Below, in pieces: positions 45,365 to 58,589 of a stretch of 64,000 nucleotides of DNA. Positions within the stretch are counted from its first letter, which is position 1. Each line of letters starts with the position of its first letter. Source of the DNA: Cetorhinus maximus (Eukaryota); assembly GCF_964194155.1 (NCBI RefSeq), contig NC_135901.1, positions 26,598,001 to 26,662,000 on the forward strand, given 5' to 3'. The notes under the pieces were generated by a model that was not told the origin of the DNA, ran no database searches, and worked only from the letters and a program-made list of their open reading frames with translations. A program made the position numbers and the translations under genes.

Positions 45365-47500
45365 GTTCAATGAAGAATGCAGCAGGGCATGCCAGGAGCA
45401 GCTCCAGGCACACCTAAAAATGAGGTGTGAACCTGGTGAAGCTGCAACACAGGACTACTTGTGTGCCAGACAGCATAAGCCACAAGCGATAGGCAGAGGT
45501 AAGTGGTTCCACAGCCAACGGATCAGATCTAAGCTCTGCAGTCCTGCCACATCCAGTCGTGAATGGTGGTGGACAGTTAAACAAATCACTGGAGGAGGAG
45601 GCTCCACAAATATCCCCTTCCTTAATGATGGAGGAGCCCAGCACATGAGTGCAAAAGATAAGGCTGAAGCATTTGCAACAATCTTCAGCCAGAAGTGCCT
45701 AGTGGATGATCCATCTCGGCCTCCTCTGCAGGTCCCCAGCATCACAGATGCCAGTCTTCAGCCAATTCAGTTCACTCCATGTGATATCAAGGAACAGCTG
45801 AAGACACTGGATACTGCAAAGGCTGTGGGCCCTGACAATATTCCGGCAATAGTACTGAAGACTTGTGCTCCAGAACTTGCCGTGCTCCTTGCCAAGCTGT
45901 TCCAGTACAGTTACAACACTGGCATCTACCCAGCTAAGTGGAAAATTGCCCAGGTATGTCCTGTACACAAAAAGCAGGACAAATCCAACCCGGCCAATTA
46001 CCGCCCCATCAGTCTACTCTCAATCATCAGTAAAGTGATGGAAGGGGTCAGCAACAGTACTGTCAAGCGACACTTGCTTAGCAATAACCCGCTCACTGAC
46101 GCTCAGTTTGGGTTCCGTGACCACATTACAGCCATGGCTCAAACAATGACAAAAGAGCTGAACTCCAGAGGTAAGGTGAAAGTGACTGCCCTTGATATCA
46201 AGGCCTCATTTGACTGAGTGTGGCATCAAGGAGCCCTCGTAAAACTGGGGTCAATGGGAATCAGGGGGAAAACTCTCCACTGTTTGGAGTCATACCGAGC
46301 ACAAAGGAAGGTGGTTGTGGTTGTTGGAGGTCAATCATCTCAGTTCCAGGACATCACTGCAGGAGTAGGTAGTCAGGGTAGTGTCCTAGGCCCAACCATC
46401 TTCATCAATGACCTTCCTTCCATCATAAAGTCAGAAGCGGGGATGTTCGTTGATGGTTGCACAATGTTCAGCACCATTTGCTGCTCATCAGATACTGAAG
46501 CAGTCCATGTCCAAATGCAGCAAGACCTGGAGAATATTCAGGGCTTGGGCTGACAAGTAACATGCGCGCCACACAAGTGCCAGGCAATGACCATCTCCAA
46601 CAAGAGAGAATCCAACCATCGCCCCTTGATGTTTAATGGCATTACCATCACTGAATCCCCCACTACCAACATCCTGGGGGTTACCATTGACCAGAAACTG
46701 AACTGGACTAGCCATATAAATACTGTGGCTACAAGAGCAGGTCAGAGGCTAGGAATCGTGCAATGAGTAATTCACCTCCTGACCCCTAAAGCTGTCCACC
46801 ATCGACAAGCACAAGTCAAGAGTGTGATGGAATACTCTCTGCTTGCCTGGATGAGTGTAGCTCCCACAACACTCAGGAAGATTGACACCATCCAGGACAA
46901 AGCAGCCAGCTTTATGGGCACCCCATCCACAACCTCTAACACCCACTCCCTCCACCTCCAATGCGCAGTAGCAGCAGCGTGTACCATCTGCAAGATTCAC
47001 TGCAGGAATTCACCAAGGCTCCTTAGGCAGCACCTTCCAAACCCACGACCGCTACCATCTAGAGAAGGACAAGGGCAGCAAATAGATGGGAACACCACCA
47101 CCTGGAAGTTCCCCTCCAAGCCACTTACCGTCCTGACTTGGAAATATATTGGCCCTTCCTTCACTGTCGCCAGGTCAAACTCCTGGAACTCCTTCCCTAA
47201 CAGCACTATGGGTATACCTACACCACATGGACTGCAGCAGTTCAACTCTTTCGAGTTATCAACAGTCACAGATTGCAACTCTTTCGAGTACAATCACAGT
47301 TCTTGGTTTCCGGGAGTGGGACATGAACCCACAACCCTCTGATTCAAAGGCGAGGGTGCTATGAACTGAGCCACAGCTGACACCTCCTGCAGTGGTTCAA
47401 GAAGGCAGCTCACCACCACCTTCTCAAGGGGCAATTAGGGATGGGCAATAAATGCTGGCCTTGCCAGCAACACCTGCATCCTGTAAATGAATTTTTAAAA
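45365..47500 (+). mobile_element. 5'-truncated non-LTR retrotransposon of a second CR1/L2-group family
   Basis: KAVGPDNIP, WKIAQVCPVHKK, NYRPISLL, ALDIKASFD, QGSVLGP. 3' end gggcaataaatgctggcc followed by an A-rich tail. Absent from the paralogous intron at about 23555. Confidence 0.9.
47246..47386 (-). mobile_element. Short tRNA-headed SINE nested in the LINE 3' end, 14-bp imperfect TSD
   Basis: Minus strand gtgtcagctgtggctcagttcatagc ... gggttcatgtcccactccc. ctgcagcagttcaa (47232-47245) versus ctgcagtggttcaa (47387-47400). Confidence 0.7.
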
Positions 47501-47509
47501 AAACACCAA

Positions 47510-48370
47510 TTTGCATTTATATAGCGCCTTTTGTGTAACAGAACATTTCAAGGTGTTACACAGGCGTGTTATAAAGCAACATGTAACACTGAGCCCCATG
47601 AGGAGATATTAGGGCAGGTGACCTAAGGTTTGGTCAAAGAGGTAGGTTTTGAGGAGTATCTTAAAGGAGGAAAGTGAGACAGAGAGGCGGAGAAGTTTAG
47701 GAAAGAAGTTCCACAGCTTATGGCCTTGGCAGCTGAAGGCGCAGCCTCCAAAGGTCAAACAGTTAAAATCGGGAATGCTCAGGGGGTCGGAATGAGAGGA
47801 GCGCAGAGGCCTTGGAGGGTTGTGAGTCTCAAGGAGGTTACAGAGACAGGAAGGGGCCAGGGAGGAATTAAAAAATTTAATTGCTTATTAACTGGGAACC
47901 TTTTCAGGTCAGCGAGCACAGGGGTGATGGGTGAACACATCATGTGGTGAATAAGCAGGCGGGCTGCAGAGTTTTGGGTGACCTCAAGATTACAGGGAGG
48001 TTGAATTCAGGAGAGGTCGTTCGGGAGTGCATTAGGATAGTTAAATCTCGAAGTAACAAAGGGATGGGTGAGAGCTTCACCAGCAGACGAGCTGAGACAC
48101 GGGCGGAGTCGGGCGAGGTGGAAACAGGCGGTCTTGGTGATGACGCTGATAGGCGGTTGGAAGCTCGTCTCGGCTGCACACGTGCCTTCGTGGTTGTGAC
48201 CAGTCTGGTTCAGCCCCAGACAGTTACCAGGGAGAGAGATGGAGTCGGCGACTAGGGAGTGGAGTTTGTAGCGGGGACTGAAGGCAATGGCTTTGGCCTC
48301 CCAATATGCAAATGGAGGAAATTTCTGCTCATCCAGTACTGGACGTCACAGAAGTCAGGACGGTGTGTGA
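47510..48370 (-). mobile_element. L2-type LINE 3' fragments
   Basis: gcatttatatagcgccttt tail; homologous to 23570-24110. Confidence 0.65.
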
Positions 48371-48863
48371 CTTGGGGAGGGTAATTTGGGGGCTGATGGT
48401 GTTCACGTACACCTGCTACCCTGGATGTTAAGGGTTTGGAATATTCTGTCCAAGTTACGGTTGAGTTGTAGAAACATAAAATTCCTCTTTCACCTCCTGC
48501 CTTTCCCGCTTCTCTCTCCATCCTTCTCCTCCCTTAGAGCCCAGAGCCTTGTGTAGGCCGAGACCGGGAAGCAGGTTCCCTCCCCTGAAGGACACCAGTG
48601 AACCAGTTTACGGCAATCCAGCAGTTTTCCTGGTCACTTTTGCCATGTGCCACCCCTACCGATGACCAGATTCATTCAGCTCAATTTCACAACCGGCCCC
48701 TGTGTTTTCGTGGGTTCTCTCTCACTCCCTTTTCTCTGTTTCAAAACAATTTCACAGGCTATTAGAAGGGGGAGGATTTGCAGTCGGGAAACAAAGACGT
48801 CCCATCAAAACCTGACGGAACCACCGAATTCATTGCGGCCCGAGGGTCATCGGAATTTTGAGC

Positions 48864-49817
48864 ATGGAAGGAGAAAGCGCCGTTCGCAGTGAGGAGACAC
48901 CGTGCACGTGTTCCGCGTGTGGGCGAGGCTTCAGCCGACCCTCTGACTTGTCAGAGCATAAATGCGGTCAGAGCAGGGAGAAGCCGTGGAAATGTGGGGA
49001 CTGTGGGAAGGGATTTGATTACCCGTCAGAGCTGGAAATCCATCAGCGCACTCACACCGGGGAGAGGCCGTTCATCTGCTCTGACTGCGGGAAGGGGTTT
49101 AGTAAGTCATCCACCCTGCTGGCCCACCAGCGCACTCACACCGGGGAGAGGCCCTTCACCTGCCCCGACTGTGGGAAGGGGTTCACTCAGTCGACGAACC
49201 TGCTGACGCACCAGCGGGTTCACACCCGGGAGAGGCCGTTCACCTGCTCCGAGTGCGGGAAGGGGTTCATTTTCTCGGCCAACCTGCTGACGCACCAGCG
49301 GGTTCACACCGACGAGAGGCCTTTCAAATGCCCAGACTGCGGGAAGTGCTTTAAAGGTTCCAGGGAACTGATGCGCCACCAGCACGTTCACACCGACGAG
49401 GGTCTGTTCAGGTGCTCGCACTGCGGGACTGGGTTCAGGCGATCATCTCAACTCGCCGCCCACCAGCGCACTCACAGCGGAGAGAAACCGTTCACCTGCC
49501 CCGAGTGCGGGGAGGGATTCAACCAGTCGTCCACCCTGCTGACGCACCAGCGAGTTCACACGGGGGAGCGGCCGTTCACCTGCTCCGAGTGCGGGAAGGG
49601 GTTCACTCAGTCGTCCACCCTGCTGAGCCACCAGAGGGTTCACACTGGGGAGAGGCCGTTCACCTGTCCCGAGTGCGGGAAGAGATTCGCTCAGTCATCC
49701 ACCATGCATAGGCACCAGCGCACTCACACTGGGGAAAGGCTGTTCATCTGCTCCGAGTGCGGAAAGGGATTCACTCAGTTTTTCAACCTGCTGACACACC
49801 AGCGGGTTCACAAGTAA
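48864..49817 (+). CDS. C2H2 zinc-finger protein, 10 canonical fingers plus 1 atypical finger, CpG/GC3-rich (ZNF-6, paralog of ZNF-4)
   Basis: agcATGg at 48864, [16 protein letters not shown]... open to TAA. Acceptor-like tttcacag ends at 48757. Confidence 0.9.
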   Translation: MEGESAVRSEETPCTCSACGRGFSRPSDLSEHKCGQSREKPWKCGDCGKGFDYPSELEIHQRTHTGERPFICSDCGKGFSKSSTLLAHQRTHTGERPFTCPDCGKGFTQSTNLLTHQRVHTRERPFTCSECGKGFIFSANLLTHQRVHTDERPFKCPDCGKCFKGSRELMRHQHVHTDEGLFRCSHCGTGFRRSSQLAAHQRTHSGEKPFTCPECGEGFNQSSTLLTHQRVHTGERPFTCSECGKGFTQSSTLLSHQRVHTGERPFTCPECGKRFAQSSTMHRHQRTHTGERLFICSECGKGFTQFFNLLTHQRVHK

Positions 49818-50039
49818 CGACAGTGATTGGTTCCTGCTGTTAAATCGCATCCGGGACTGAGCCGTGTTCGTTGGGGTCAGTTGCTGCTGATGTTCATAAA
49901 CTCCAGCCCAGTTATAAGGGAGAAAATTCTGGATAAAAATCAAGTAAATCAACTTTGTGTTAAACATACTGTGTCGAGTCTTTTTTAATATCTCCAACAC
50001 AAGTTAGCTCCCTTCGAAGAGCTCTCCATCTTTCCTGTC

Positions 50040-51700
50040 TCCTCCGTCCACAGCTCCAACAAGAAGTGTGAGGAGCTCATGGAGCTTCTTTGTCACTAAG
50101 ATTGAGTCAATCCGATCAGTTGCCTCTGCTGCTTCCCTCCCGTCCGCTAGCCCACCGGGACAAACTGTCACTAAAGTCAAAGCAAAATACTGTGGACGCT
50201 GGAAAACTGAAATAACAGGAAATGCTGGAAAAACTCAACAGGTCTGACAGCGTCTGTGAAGAGAGAAACAGAGCTCAGAAGAAGAGACATACAGACTCAA
50301 ATTGTTAGCTCTGTATCTCTCTCCACAGAGGCTGTCAGACCTGCTGAGTTTTTCCAGCATTTTCTGTTGTCTCTAAAATCCCTTTTTTCCAAGTTCTGAA
50401 CTCACATCTTTCCCCGGTTTCCCTCTTATCTCCTGTCAAGCCCTGTCAGAGCTCATCTTGTCCAGGAGGCCCACCTTCTGCTCCCTTGACCCCATTCTCA
50501 CTAAACTGCTGACCATCTAGTTTCTACATGTTAGCTGATACTGTTAACAGTTCTCTCTCTCTTTTGATACTGTCCCTCTCACCTTTAAATCCACTGTCAT
50601 CTCCCATCCTAAAAAAAACCTTTGATCCCATGGTCTTTGCAAATAACTGCCCCAACTCCAACCTCCCTTTCCTCTCCAAAGCCCTTGAACTTGGTGTCCT
50701 CCAAGGATCTACCCTTGGTCCCTCCTATTTCTCATCTACAAGCTGCGAATAGGTGACATCCAAAAGCACCATGTTAGTTTTCACATGTAGACTAGCCCAG
50801 CTCTACCTCCCCACCATTCCTCTTCATTCCTCCACTGTTACTAAATTATCAAACTGCTTATCCGACATCCAGCACTGGATGTGCAGAAATTTCCTCCAAT
50901 TAAAAATTGGGAAGACCAAAGCCATTGTCTCGGTCAGCAGCACAAATTCCGTTCCCGAGCTACCGAGTCCATCCCTCTCCCTGGGAACTGCCTGAGGCTA
51001 AACCACACTCTTCACAAACTTTGGTGTCAGATTTCATCCCCCAAGATGAGTTTCTGACGATATATCTACACCATCACTAATACCAGATATTTCAATTTCC
51101 ATTATGTCACCTGTCTCCACTCCACCCCAGCTGAAATCCTCATCCATGCCCGTGTTACCTTTAGACTTGACGATTCCAGTACATTCCTGACCAGATTCTC
51201 ACATTCACCCTGTCACCCACCGCCCCCACCATATAGAAACATAAGATTATCCAGAGCTCTGCTGCCCATGTTTTTTCTCATGCGAAGTCCCATTCACCCA
51301 TCACCCCCTGTGGTGACTGACCTACATCGCCTCCAGGTCAAGTAAATGCATCGATTTTAAAATTCACATCCTTGTTTTCAAGTCCCTCCATGGCTTCGTC
51401 CCTCCCTACCTCTGTAATCTCCAGTCACACACCCTCTGAGATATCTGTGCTTCTCATTCTGGCCACTTGAACATCCCTGATTTTAATTACCCTCCCATTG
51501 GTGGCAGGGCCTAGGCAGGAAACTCTAAAATTCCCTCCCCTAAACACTTCATCTCTCTCCTGATTAAAAATCTCCCTCTCCAATCAAGCTTTTGGCCATC
51601 TGCTTGAACATCGACCTATGTAGTCCCGTGTCAATTTTTTTTCCTTATGCAATTCCTCAGAAGCACCTTTGGGCACTTTCTTTTCCATTAATTTCATTTG
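50040..51700 (+). mobile_element. Degenerate L2-type LINE with a palindromic Penelope-end insertion at 50179-50367
   Basis: GVLQGSTLGP and IQHWMCRNFLQLKIGKTKAI. The insertion has inverted arms and a 13-bp imperfect TSD (tgtcactaaagtc / tgtctctaaaatc). Confidence 0.75.
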
Positions 51701-52194
51701 CAGATCTAAAAGTGATGGACTTGCTGCCACCTCGAACAAATCTGTTTTCACCACTAAGGCTCCGCTCTTATTTAATAATCTTCATGACATCATCGCACCA
51801 GGACTGGATGACATCATAAGAGTCCATTGTTTCTTAATGATCGATAACAGGAAATATTAATAAACCTGATCACATTATCTAGGCTGACACTCCAGTGTGA
51901 CACTGAGGGACTGCTGTACTGTGAGAGACAGTGTCCTTCAGATGGAACTTGTGGAGGCTCTGGCCACAATCTTCCAATCCTCCTCGTATGGTAAGGGTGC
52001 CAAAGGACTGAGAGATTATAAATGTTACATCCCTGTTCAAAAACACAGCGATTACAGTCAATCAGCGGTGGGGAAAAATTGAAGCCAATAGTCCAGGACA
52101 AAAATCTTGGAAAAGTATGGATTATTATTTCCAAAATTTTCTGTTTTTAATACTGAAAACTTCCCTGGATCTTGAGGTGCGGAGAGACACTCTA

Positions 52195-53392
52195 TGAGGA
52201 ATGGGGAGGTTTAGGGGGGGATGTGAGGAAAAGCTTTTTTTACCCAGACGGTGGCGACGATCTGGAATGAGCTGCCTGGCAGGGTGGTGGAAGCGGGTGG
52301 AAGTGTGAGTGTGCCTCATATCCTTTTAAAAAGTATCTGGATAAGCACTTGGCACATTATAACATTCAACGCTATGGGCCAAGTGCTGGTAAATGGGGTT
52401 AGGTAGGTAGGGTCAGGTGTTTCTCATGTGTCGGTGCAGAATCGATGGGCCGAAGGGCCTCTTCTGCACTGTGTGTGATTCTGTGGGAGCTGGGACTTGC
52501 CCATGAGGGTAACTAAAGGTACAAGAGCTGAAATAATCGGGGGTTCAAAAGGAGAGAAGATCCAAAAATAGAACAGTCGGTAACAGGCCATCAATAACAC
52601 CCTCTTATCCTGGAGAAATCAAAGACTTGACATACTGTGTGTCTGAGAGAAACTCCAGCCCAGTTACAGAGATTATTAACATCAGTAGAAATAAACCACA
52701 ATTATCATAATAAACATGGTTCAGTTCCGTGTGTGATTAACAGTGGCAGTACCAGCAGAATCAAACACATTAAGAGGGACAGAGGGTAAATATAAATTAT
52801 TTCCGCTGGTTTGACAGTCAAGGAATAGGTGGCATAGTCTTAAAAGTTAGAACCAGACTGTTCAGGAGTGAAATTACATCGGACCCATGACACAGAAACA
52901 GGCCACTCGACACAACCAGTCCAGGTCAGTGTTTATGCTCCAAAGGAGCCTCCTCCCATCTCTCCTCACCTAAATCCACCAGTGTAACCCTCAACTCCCT
53001 TCTCCCTCTTGTGCTTGTCTAGTTTCCCCTTAAATACATCTGTACTATTCACTTCACCCACTCCCTGTGATAGTCTGGGTGAAGAAGTTTCTTCTGAATT
53101 CCCTATTGGATTTCTTGGTGACTATCTTATGTTGATGGTCTCGAGTTATGCTCTTCCCCACAAGAGGAAACATTCTCTCTGTAGCCTCTCTATCAAAACT
53201 TCTCATCCTTTTAAGGACTTCGATTAGGTCACCCGGAGGCTTCATTTCGCAAGAGAGAGACCCAGCCTGTCAATCCTTACCTGATATATAAACTTACACA
53301 TTTCTGGTATCATCATTATAAATCTTCGCTGCTCCCTCTCCAGCGTCTCGATATCTTTTATATAAGATGTTGACCAGAACTGCACGCAGTGG
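52195..53392. mobile_element. Several CR1 3' fragments in both orientations
   Basis: Plus-strand tail at 52200-52485; minus-strand GDLIEVLKRM ... RRNFFTQ fragment at 52890-53390. Confidence 0.7.
52650..52768 (-). pseudogene. Orphan ZNF-family 3' UTR without adjoining fingers
   Basis: aactccagcccagttaca ... attaacatcag ... aacatggttcagt ... gattaacag ... cagcagaatc matches the reverse complement of 12095-12210. Confidence 0.7.
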
Positions 53393-53839
53393 TCAGGAAG
53401 TATTTTGACCCGGGAATCACATTACCCAGAAAATGGGATCGAGCTCATAAGTGATTTCAAATTAGTTTATTAAGAAGCAACAGATTAAAAATGATACATA
53501 ATGGACAGAAAGAAATACATGACCCGTGACGAGTGAGAACAGTCTACCGATCCCAGAGGACAAACAGACAGATGATGCAGAGTGAGTGCTGGTCTCTGTA
53601 GTTGGTGGCCGATGTCTCCTCTCAATGGTTAACTGGTGTGAGCCAGAGTGTGGGTGCTAGGCTGAAGCCAGTATGGATCACTTTGAAATCTTCTTGCTCT
53701 CAAGAGCCTGTTTTAACCTTTACACAGACAGTTGGTTTGCGTATGGGTCATGAGATCCAATCGTGTCAGTGTTACAAATGTCTTGTTTCAGGGCCTGTGC
53801 TAGAGACATCTTCTTGGCAGAGATAACAGGCCTGTCCTT

Positions 53840-55230
53840 TGAAGGAGTCACATGTGCTGTAGATAAAGGGGAACCGGTGGATGTACTATACTTAGATTTC
53901 CAGAAGGCATTTGATAAAGTGCCACATCAAAGGTTACTGCAGAAAATAAAAGTTCATGGGGTAGGGGGTGACATATTGGCATGGATAAGAGATTGGTTAC
54001 CTAACAGGAAGCAGAGAGTTGGCATAAATGGGTCATTTTCTGGTTGGCAGGATGTGATGAGTGGTGTGCCACAGGGATCAGTGCTGAGGCCTCAACTTTT
54101 TACAATTTCTATTCATGACTTGGATGAAGGGGCCAAAGGAATAGTTGCTAAATTTGCTGACGACACAAATATAGGTCGGAAAGTAAATTGTGAAGCGGAC
54201 ATAAGGAGGCTACAAAGTGACATAAATAGTTAAGTGAGTGGGCAAAGATCTAGCAAATGGAGTATAATGTGGGCAAATGTGAAATCATTCATTTTGGCAG
54301 GAAGAATGAAAAAGCTTATTATCTAAATGGTGAGAGATTGCAGAGCTTTGAGATTCAGAGGGATCTGGATGCCCCAGTGCATAAATCACAAAAGGTTAAC
54401 ATGCAGGTACAGCAGGTAATTAGGAAAGCTAATAGAATGTTATCCTTTATTGTGAGCGGAATTGATTACAAAAGTAGGGAGGTTATGCTTCAGTTGTACA
54501 GGGCACTGGTGAGACCACATCTGAAGTACTGTGTACAGTACTGGTCTCCTTATTTAAAGAAAGATTTCAATGTGTTAGAAGCAGTTCAGGGAAAGTTTAC
54601 TAGACTAATATCAGGAATGAAAACAGAAAATGCTGGAAAAACTCAGCAGGTCTGACAGCCTCTGTGGAGAGAGAAACAGAGTTAGCGTTTTTCCAGCATT
54701 TTCTGTTTTTATTTCAGATTTCCAGCATCTGCAGTATTTTGCTTTTATATTAAGATCAGCAATAGGCAAGCTGTCTTATGAGGAAAGGCTGGAAAGGTTA
54801 GGCTTGTATCCGCTGGAGTTTAGAAGAATAAGAGGCGACTTAATTGAAATCTTTAAGATCCCGAGGGGTCTTGACAGGGTGGATGTGGAGAGGATGTTTC
54901 CTCTTGTGGGAGAATCTAGAACTAGGGGGTCACTGTTTAAAAATAAGGGGTAACTAATTTAAGACAGATGAGAAGTTTTTTCTCTCAGAGGGTGGTGAGT
55001 CTTTGGAACTCGCTTCCTCAAAAGGCGGTGGAAGCAGAGTCTTGGAATATTTTTAAGGCAGAGCTAGATAGATTCTTAATTAACAAGGGGGTGAAAGGTT
55101 ATTGGGGGTAGGCAGGAATGTGAGGTTGAGGTTATATTCTGATCATCCATGATCTTATTTAATGGCGGAGCAGGTTCGAGGGGCCGAGTGGCCTACTCCT
55201 GCTCCTAATTCGTAAGTTCATATATGTTCA
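53840..55230 (+). mobile_element. CR1 3' part with a palindromic Penelope-end insertion at about 54620-54752
   Basis: YLDFQKAFDKVPH, PQGSVL, KFADD, LVRPHLKYC. The inverted-arm insertion splits the ISGM/LSYEERL segment. Confidence 0.92.
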
Positions 55231-55865
55231 TATGTCCTGTGTTTGTCAACCAGCAAGCTGCTATGGAAGCTTTCTTCACAAGAGCGAGCTATACCGATAA
55301 TGTTCCATAAACCTCCGAAGATTTTATAAGATTATTAGACAGCGATTTCTTACAGTCTGTTCATTAGATTGGACTTGTCTTCATTCTCGTGCTGAGGGGA
55401 TTTCTGTACCAGACGGGACGGGTAACATTTGGGGTCCCTCAATTCTCCAATTCCCATTCCCCTTCTTCCTGGTGGATAACGGAGGTGTCACTGTGTGTAA
55501 TGTGTAAGTCAGTAAGAACTGTCAGCAGGGATTAATCAGCACCTTCTAACTGGAGATGTTAATCAGTGGAACCCCTCAGACACTGAAGTGTAGATTTTGT
55601 ACCAAAGATCAATTTAGGATTGAAGTAAAAGTTCATGAGCTTGTTCTAAACTAATTTCTGATGAGAGTTCCTGAATTTTGGGGAAAGATCACGGACAGCG
55701 GTTCCTAAAGGGACACTGCAGCCCCGAGAACACAATCAGCTATGGATTCAGAATATTAAATTCCAGCCCAGTTACAGGGATTATTAACATCAGCAGAAAC
55801 AAACCTGAACAATCACAATTAATGTGACGAACAGCAGCAACAACAGTGGATTCCAATCCCTGCGG

Positions 55866-56372
55866 TCACTCGTGAACGCGCTGGTGTGTCATCAGGTGGG
55901 ATGAGGTAGTGAATCCCTTCCCGCACTCTGAGCAGGTGAACGGCCTCTCTCCAGTGTGAAGTCGCTGATGTGCTTTGAGGGTGGATGAATGCCTGAAGCT
56001 CTTTCCACAGTCAGTGCAGCTGAACGGCCTCTCCTCGGTGTGAACCCGCTGGTGCGTCACCAGGTTGGATGAATTAATGAATCGCTTCCCACACACGGAG
56101 CAGGTGAACGGCCTCTCCCCAGTGTGAACCCGCCGGTGTAATTCCAGGTTGTACATCTGAATGAATCCCTTCCCACACACAGAGCAGATGTATGGTCTCT
56201 CCCCAGTGTGAACTCGTTGGTGTAATGCTAGGCAGGACGATTGAGTGAACTCCTTCCAACATACGGAGCAGGTGAACGGCCTCTCCCCGGTGTGGGTGCG
56301 CCGATGAGTCTCCAGCTTGGAAGGGCAAGTGAATGCCTTTCCACAGTCCCCACATTTCCATGGTTTCTCTGT
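55866..56372 (-). CDS. C2H2 zinc-finger frame, 6 intact fingers, ACA in place of the family ATG (ZNF-7; gene or young pseudogene)
   Basis: Open from accACAgag-AAA-CCA-TGG at 56372 to TGA at 55866 (168 codons or 6x28). Decayed leader 56373-56739 follows a ttttacag acceptor. Confidence 0.62.
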   Translation of the reverse strand, partial: TEKPWKCGDCGKAFTCPSKLETHRRTHTGERPFTCSVCWKEFTQSSCLALHQRVHTGERPYICSVCGKGFIQMYNLELHRRVHTGERPFTCSVCGKRFINSSNLVTHQRVHTEERPFSCTDCGKSFRHSSTLKAHQRLHTGERPFTCSECGKGFTTSSHLMTHQRVHE

Positions 56373-57492
56373 GGTGTCAGTGTCGTCATGTTTCTCCAGG
56401 TTGGAAATCGGTTGAAGCCCTGTACAAACACAGAAAACACGTACAGTTTCTCCCCACTGTGAACGTTGTGATGTTTTTTCAGGCTGTGTAACTGGTTAAA
56501 GCGCTTTCCACAGTCAGTTCACTGGAACACTCTCACTCGAGTGTGTGTGTGTGTGTCTCGGTGCTTTTCCAGTCACACTGATGTTTGAAAACTTTTCCCA
56601 CAGACAGAACAGACAAACCCTTTTCCTTCCACTTACAGAGGCCGATGATGTTCAGGTCCTGATGAATCGAGTGAATCTGTCAGATCTTGACGTGGTTTGG
56701 TTTGAGATTTCTGTCTGCAAATCCGTCCCTCCTAATATCCTGTAAAAGGAGTTTACAAAAATCATCACTGTCAGTGCAGGATAGATACTCTGAACAGAAA
56801 ATTCTAGTTTCTTTGGAACATTTTTCCCTCTCTTGTTTCTCCAAGGCTGTAAATCCCTGTCCCACACACTCTCCCTGGGCTGAAATGCAGATAAAATATT
56901 GGAGAAATTTTTTTCTGTATCCTTTTAACAAATTTGTGCAAATCCCTCCATGGCCTCGTTCCTCCCAATCCCTGTAATTTCCTCTACCCCCATAACTCTT
57001 TGAGATATCTGCGCTGCTTTAATTCTGGCCTCTTGTGCATTCCCTATTTTAATTGCCCCACTATAAGTGACCAGGCCTTCACTCCCCTCTGCCCCAATCT
57101 CTGAAATTCTCTCCCTACACCTCTCCGTCTGTCTACCACACTGCCCTCCTTTAAGACACCTGAGCATTGCTGTAAAAAGAGAAATACTGTCAAAACCTTT
57201 TGTCTTGCACTCATCAGGGACAGATTGGCAAATTCCAAAGATTATCAGTCGGGCTCATAATGTGCCTTGCTTCCTTTCGCTAGAAGCTCCATATATTCAC
57301 ACACAGGGGCCTGTCCTCTGCAGGCAAGAGGAACATGTCCAGACATGGCACTTTTTTTGCTAATTAATCAAAAGGATGGGGGACAGTAGCTCCCTGGTGT
57401 ATCTTCCATGGCAACACCTCGACCAATCAGAGCTGACTGGCCAACCAAGCAGCATAAGTTATTGTTCCCTTTGAAACTTGGAATTCTTGTGT

Positions 57493-57527
57493 CTGTCCTG
57501 ATGAGTGCAAGACGAAAACCTTCGACA
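57493..57527 (+). ncRNA. Minimal type I hammerhead-ribozyme-like motif with an intact CUGAUGA/GAAA core
   Basis: uguc-CUGAUGA-gugcaagac-GAAA-accu-UC-gaca, with stem I UGUC/GACA. A degenerate inverted copy lies at about 57188-57222. Confidence 0.55.
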
Positions 57528-57811
57528 TCGTGTACCTTTTTTAGCAATACTTAAGTTCTGTTCAACCAAGCGACTATTATAATAATGCTTAAAACCTACC
57601 TCATTGCTCAAGCTTTTCATCATCTGCCCTAATGTCTCCTCGTGTGTCTGTGTCACACTTGGTTTTATAATTTTTCTGTGAAGTGCACTTGGATGATTTA
57701 TAATGTTAAAGGTGCTATGTAAATAGAAGTTGTTGTTGTTGCTGACTGTAACCCTGACCCCTTATATCCAGCAACCCATTGATTTCACACCTTGACTCTT
57801 ATTATCCGGGT

Positions 57812-58335
57812 TTGACTTCAAGATGGTTGCCGCGCATGTCTTGTTCCTGATTGCCCCCTACAAAAATGGTGATCACGCATGCGTCCTCTTGCTCACCGCC
57901 CCCTACAAAGATGGCGGACGTAAACCTGGGCCTGTCCTTCTCAGGAAGGCCCGAGCAAAGTCGCCCAGCTCCGTTCAAACACGGAGCCGGTTGGCTTCTT
58001 ACAGAGGGTTCTGGAGCCGATATCGGACGTTTATGAAGCCTCGCAACACACGCGCCGCCTCAGTTTATGCTAATGGTATTATTTTGGGCTCTGGATCCGC
58101 ATTCGGTCTTTGTAAAACCTCAATTTTAAACCCGCTCGCTCGAGCTCGCTTACCGTCCGTAAGGATGGACTGCGCATGCCCCAGCTCACGATGCCCGTGG
58201 CGTGATGGACGGCAGCTCCGGACCAATAGGAAGAGGGGGCGGAGCTGGAGGACCGAGCGGAAGCGGCTGGTCCTCCAACCAATCGGGTGAACAAGGGGGC
58301 GGGGCTGAGCCTGGATCCCCCTCATTGGCTGAAAC
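57812..58335. promoter_or_regulatory. Promoter module P5 upstream of ZNF-7
   Basis: YY1-like caagatgg (57819) and aaagatggcgg (57908), tgcgcatgc (58172), CCAAT at 58223 and 58279, GGGGCGGGG, ATTGG at 58324. Confidence 0.78.
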
Positions 58336-58589
58336 TCTGCATCATTTTGGAAGCTGATTTGTCTCAAACTCCAGGAGAAAACTGGACCTTTCTGTTTGTG
58401 GCTTTAAACAGATGAAACTCTGTGGGTGTGCAGCACACATTTCAACATTTGAAATGTGGGAACATGATGAAACAATGCAGAACTAATTCAAGGGCTGACT
58501 TCAAGGAATAACTGGGCAAGCAGGGAATGTCACCATTAGAACAAGGAGAGTCCCTGTTTTCAACAAATGAACAACAGAAGGGTTAGGAT

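Noticed and set aside
56515-56580. TGA at a zinc-ligand Cys position (FQ*TDC) in the ZNF-7 and ZNF-1 leaders, suggesting selenocysteine
   Set aside because: The same leaders have other stops and frameshifts, the finger-3 TGA aligns with CGA (CpG decay), and I could not see a SECIS-like AUGA/AA/GA hairpin in the 3' UTRs.
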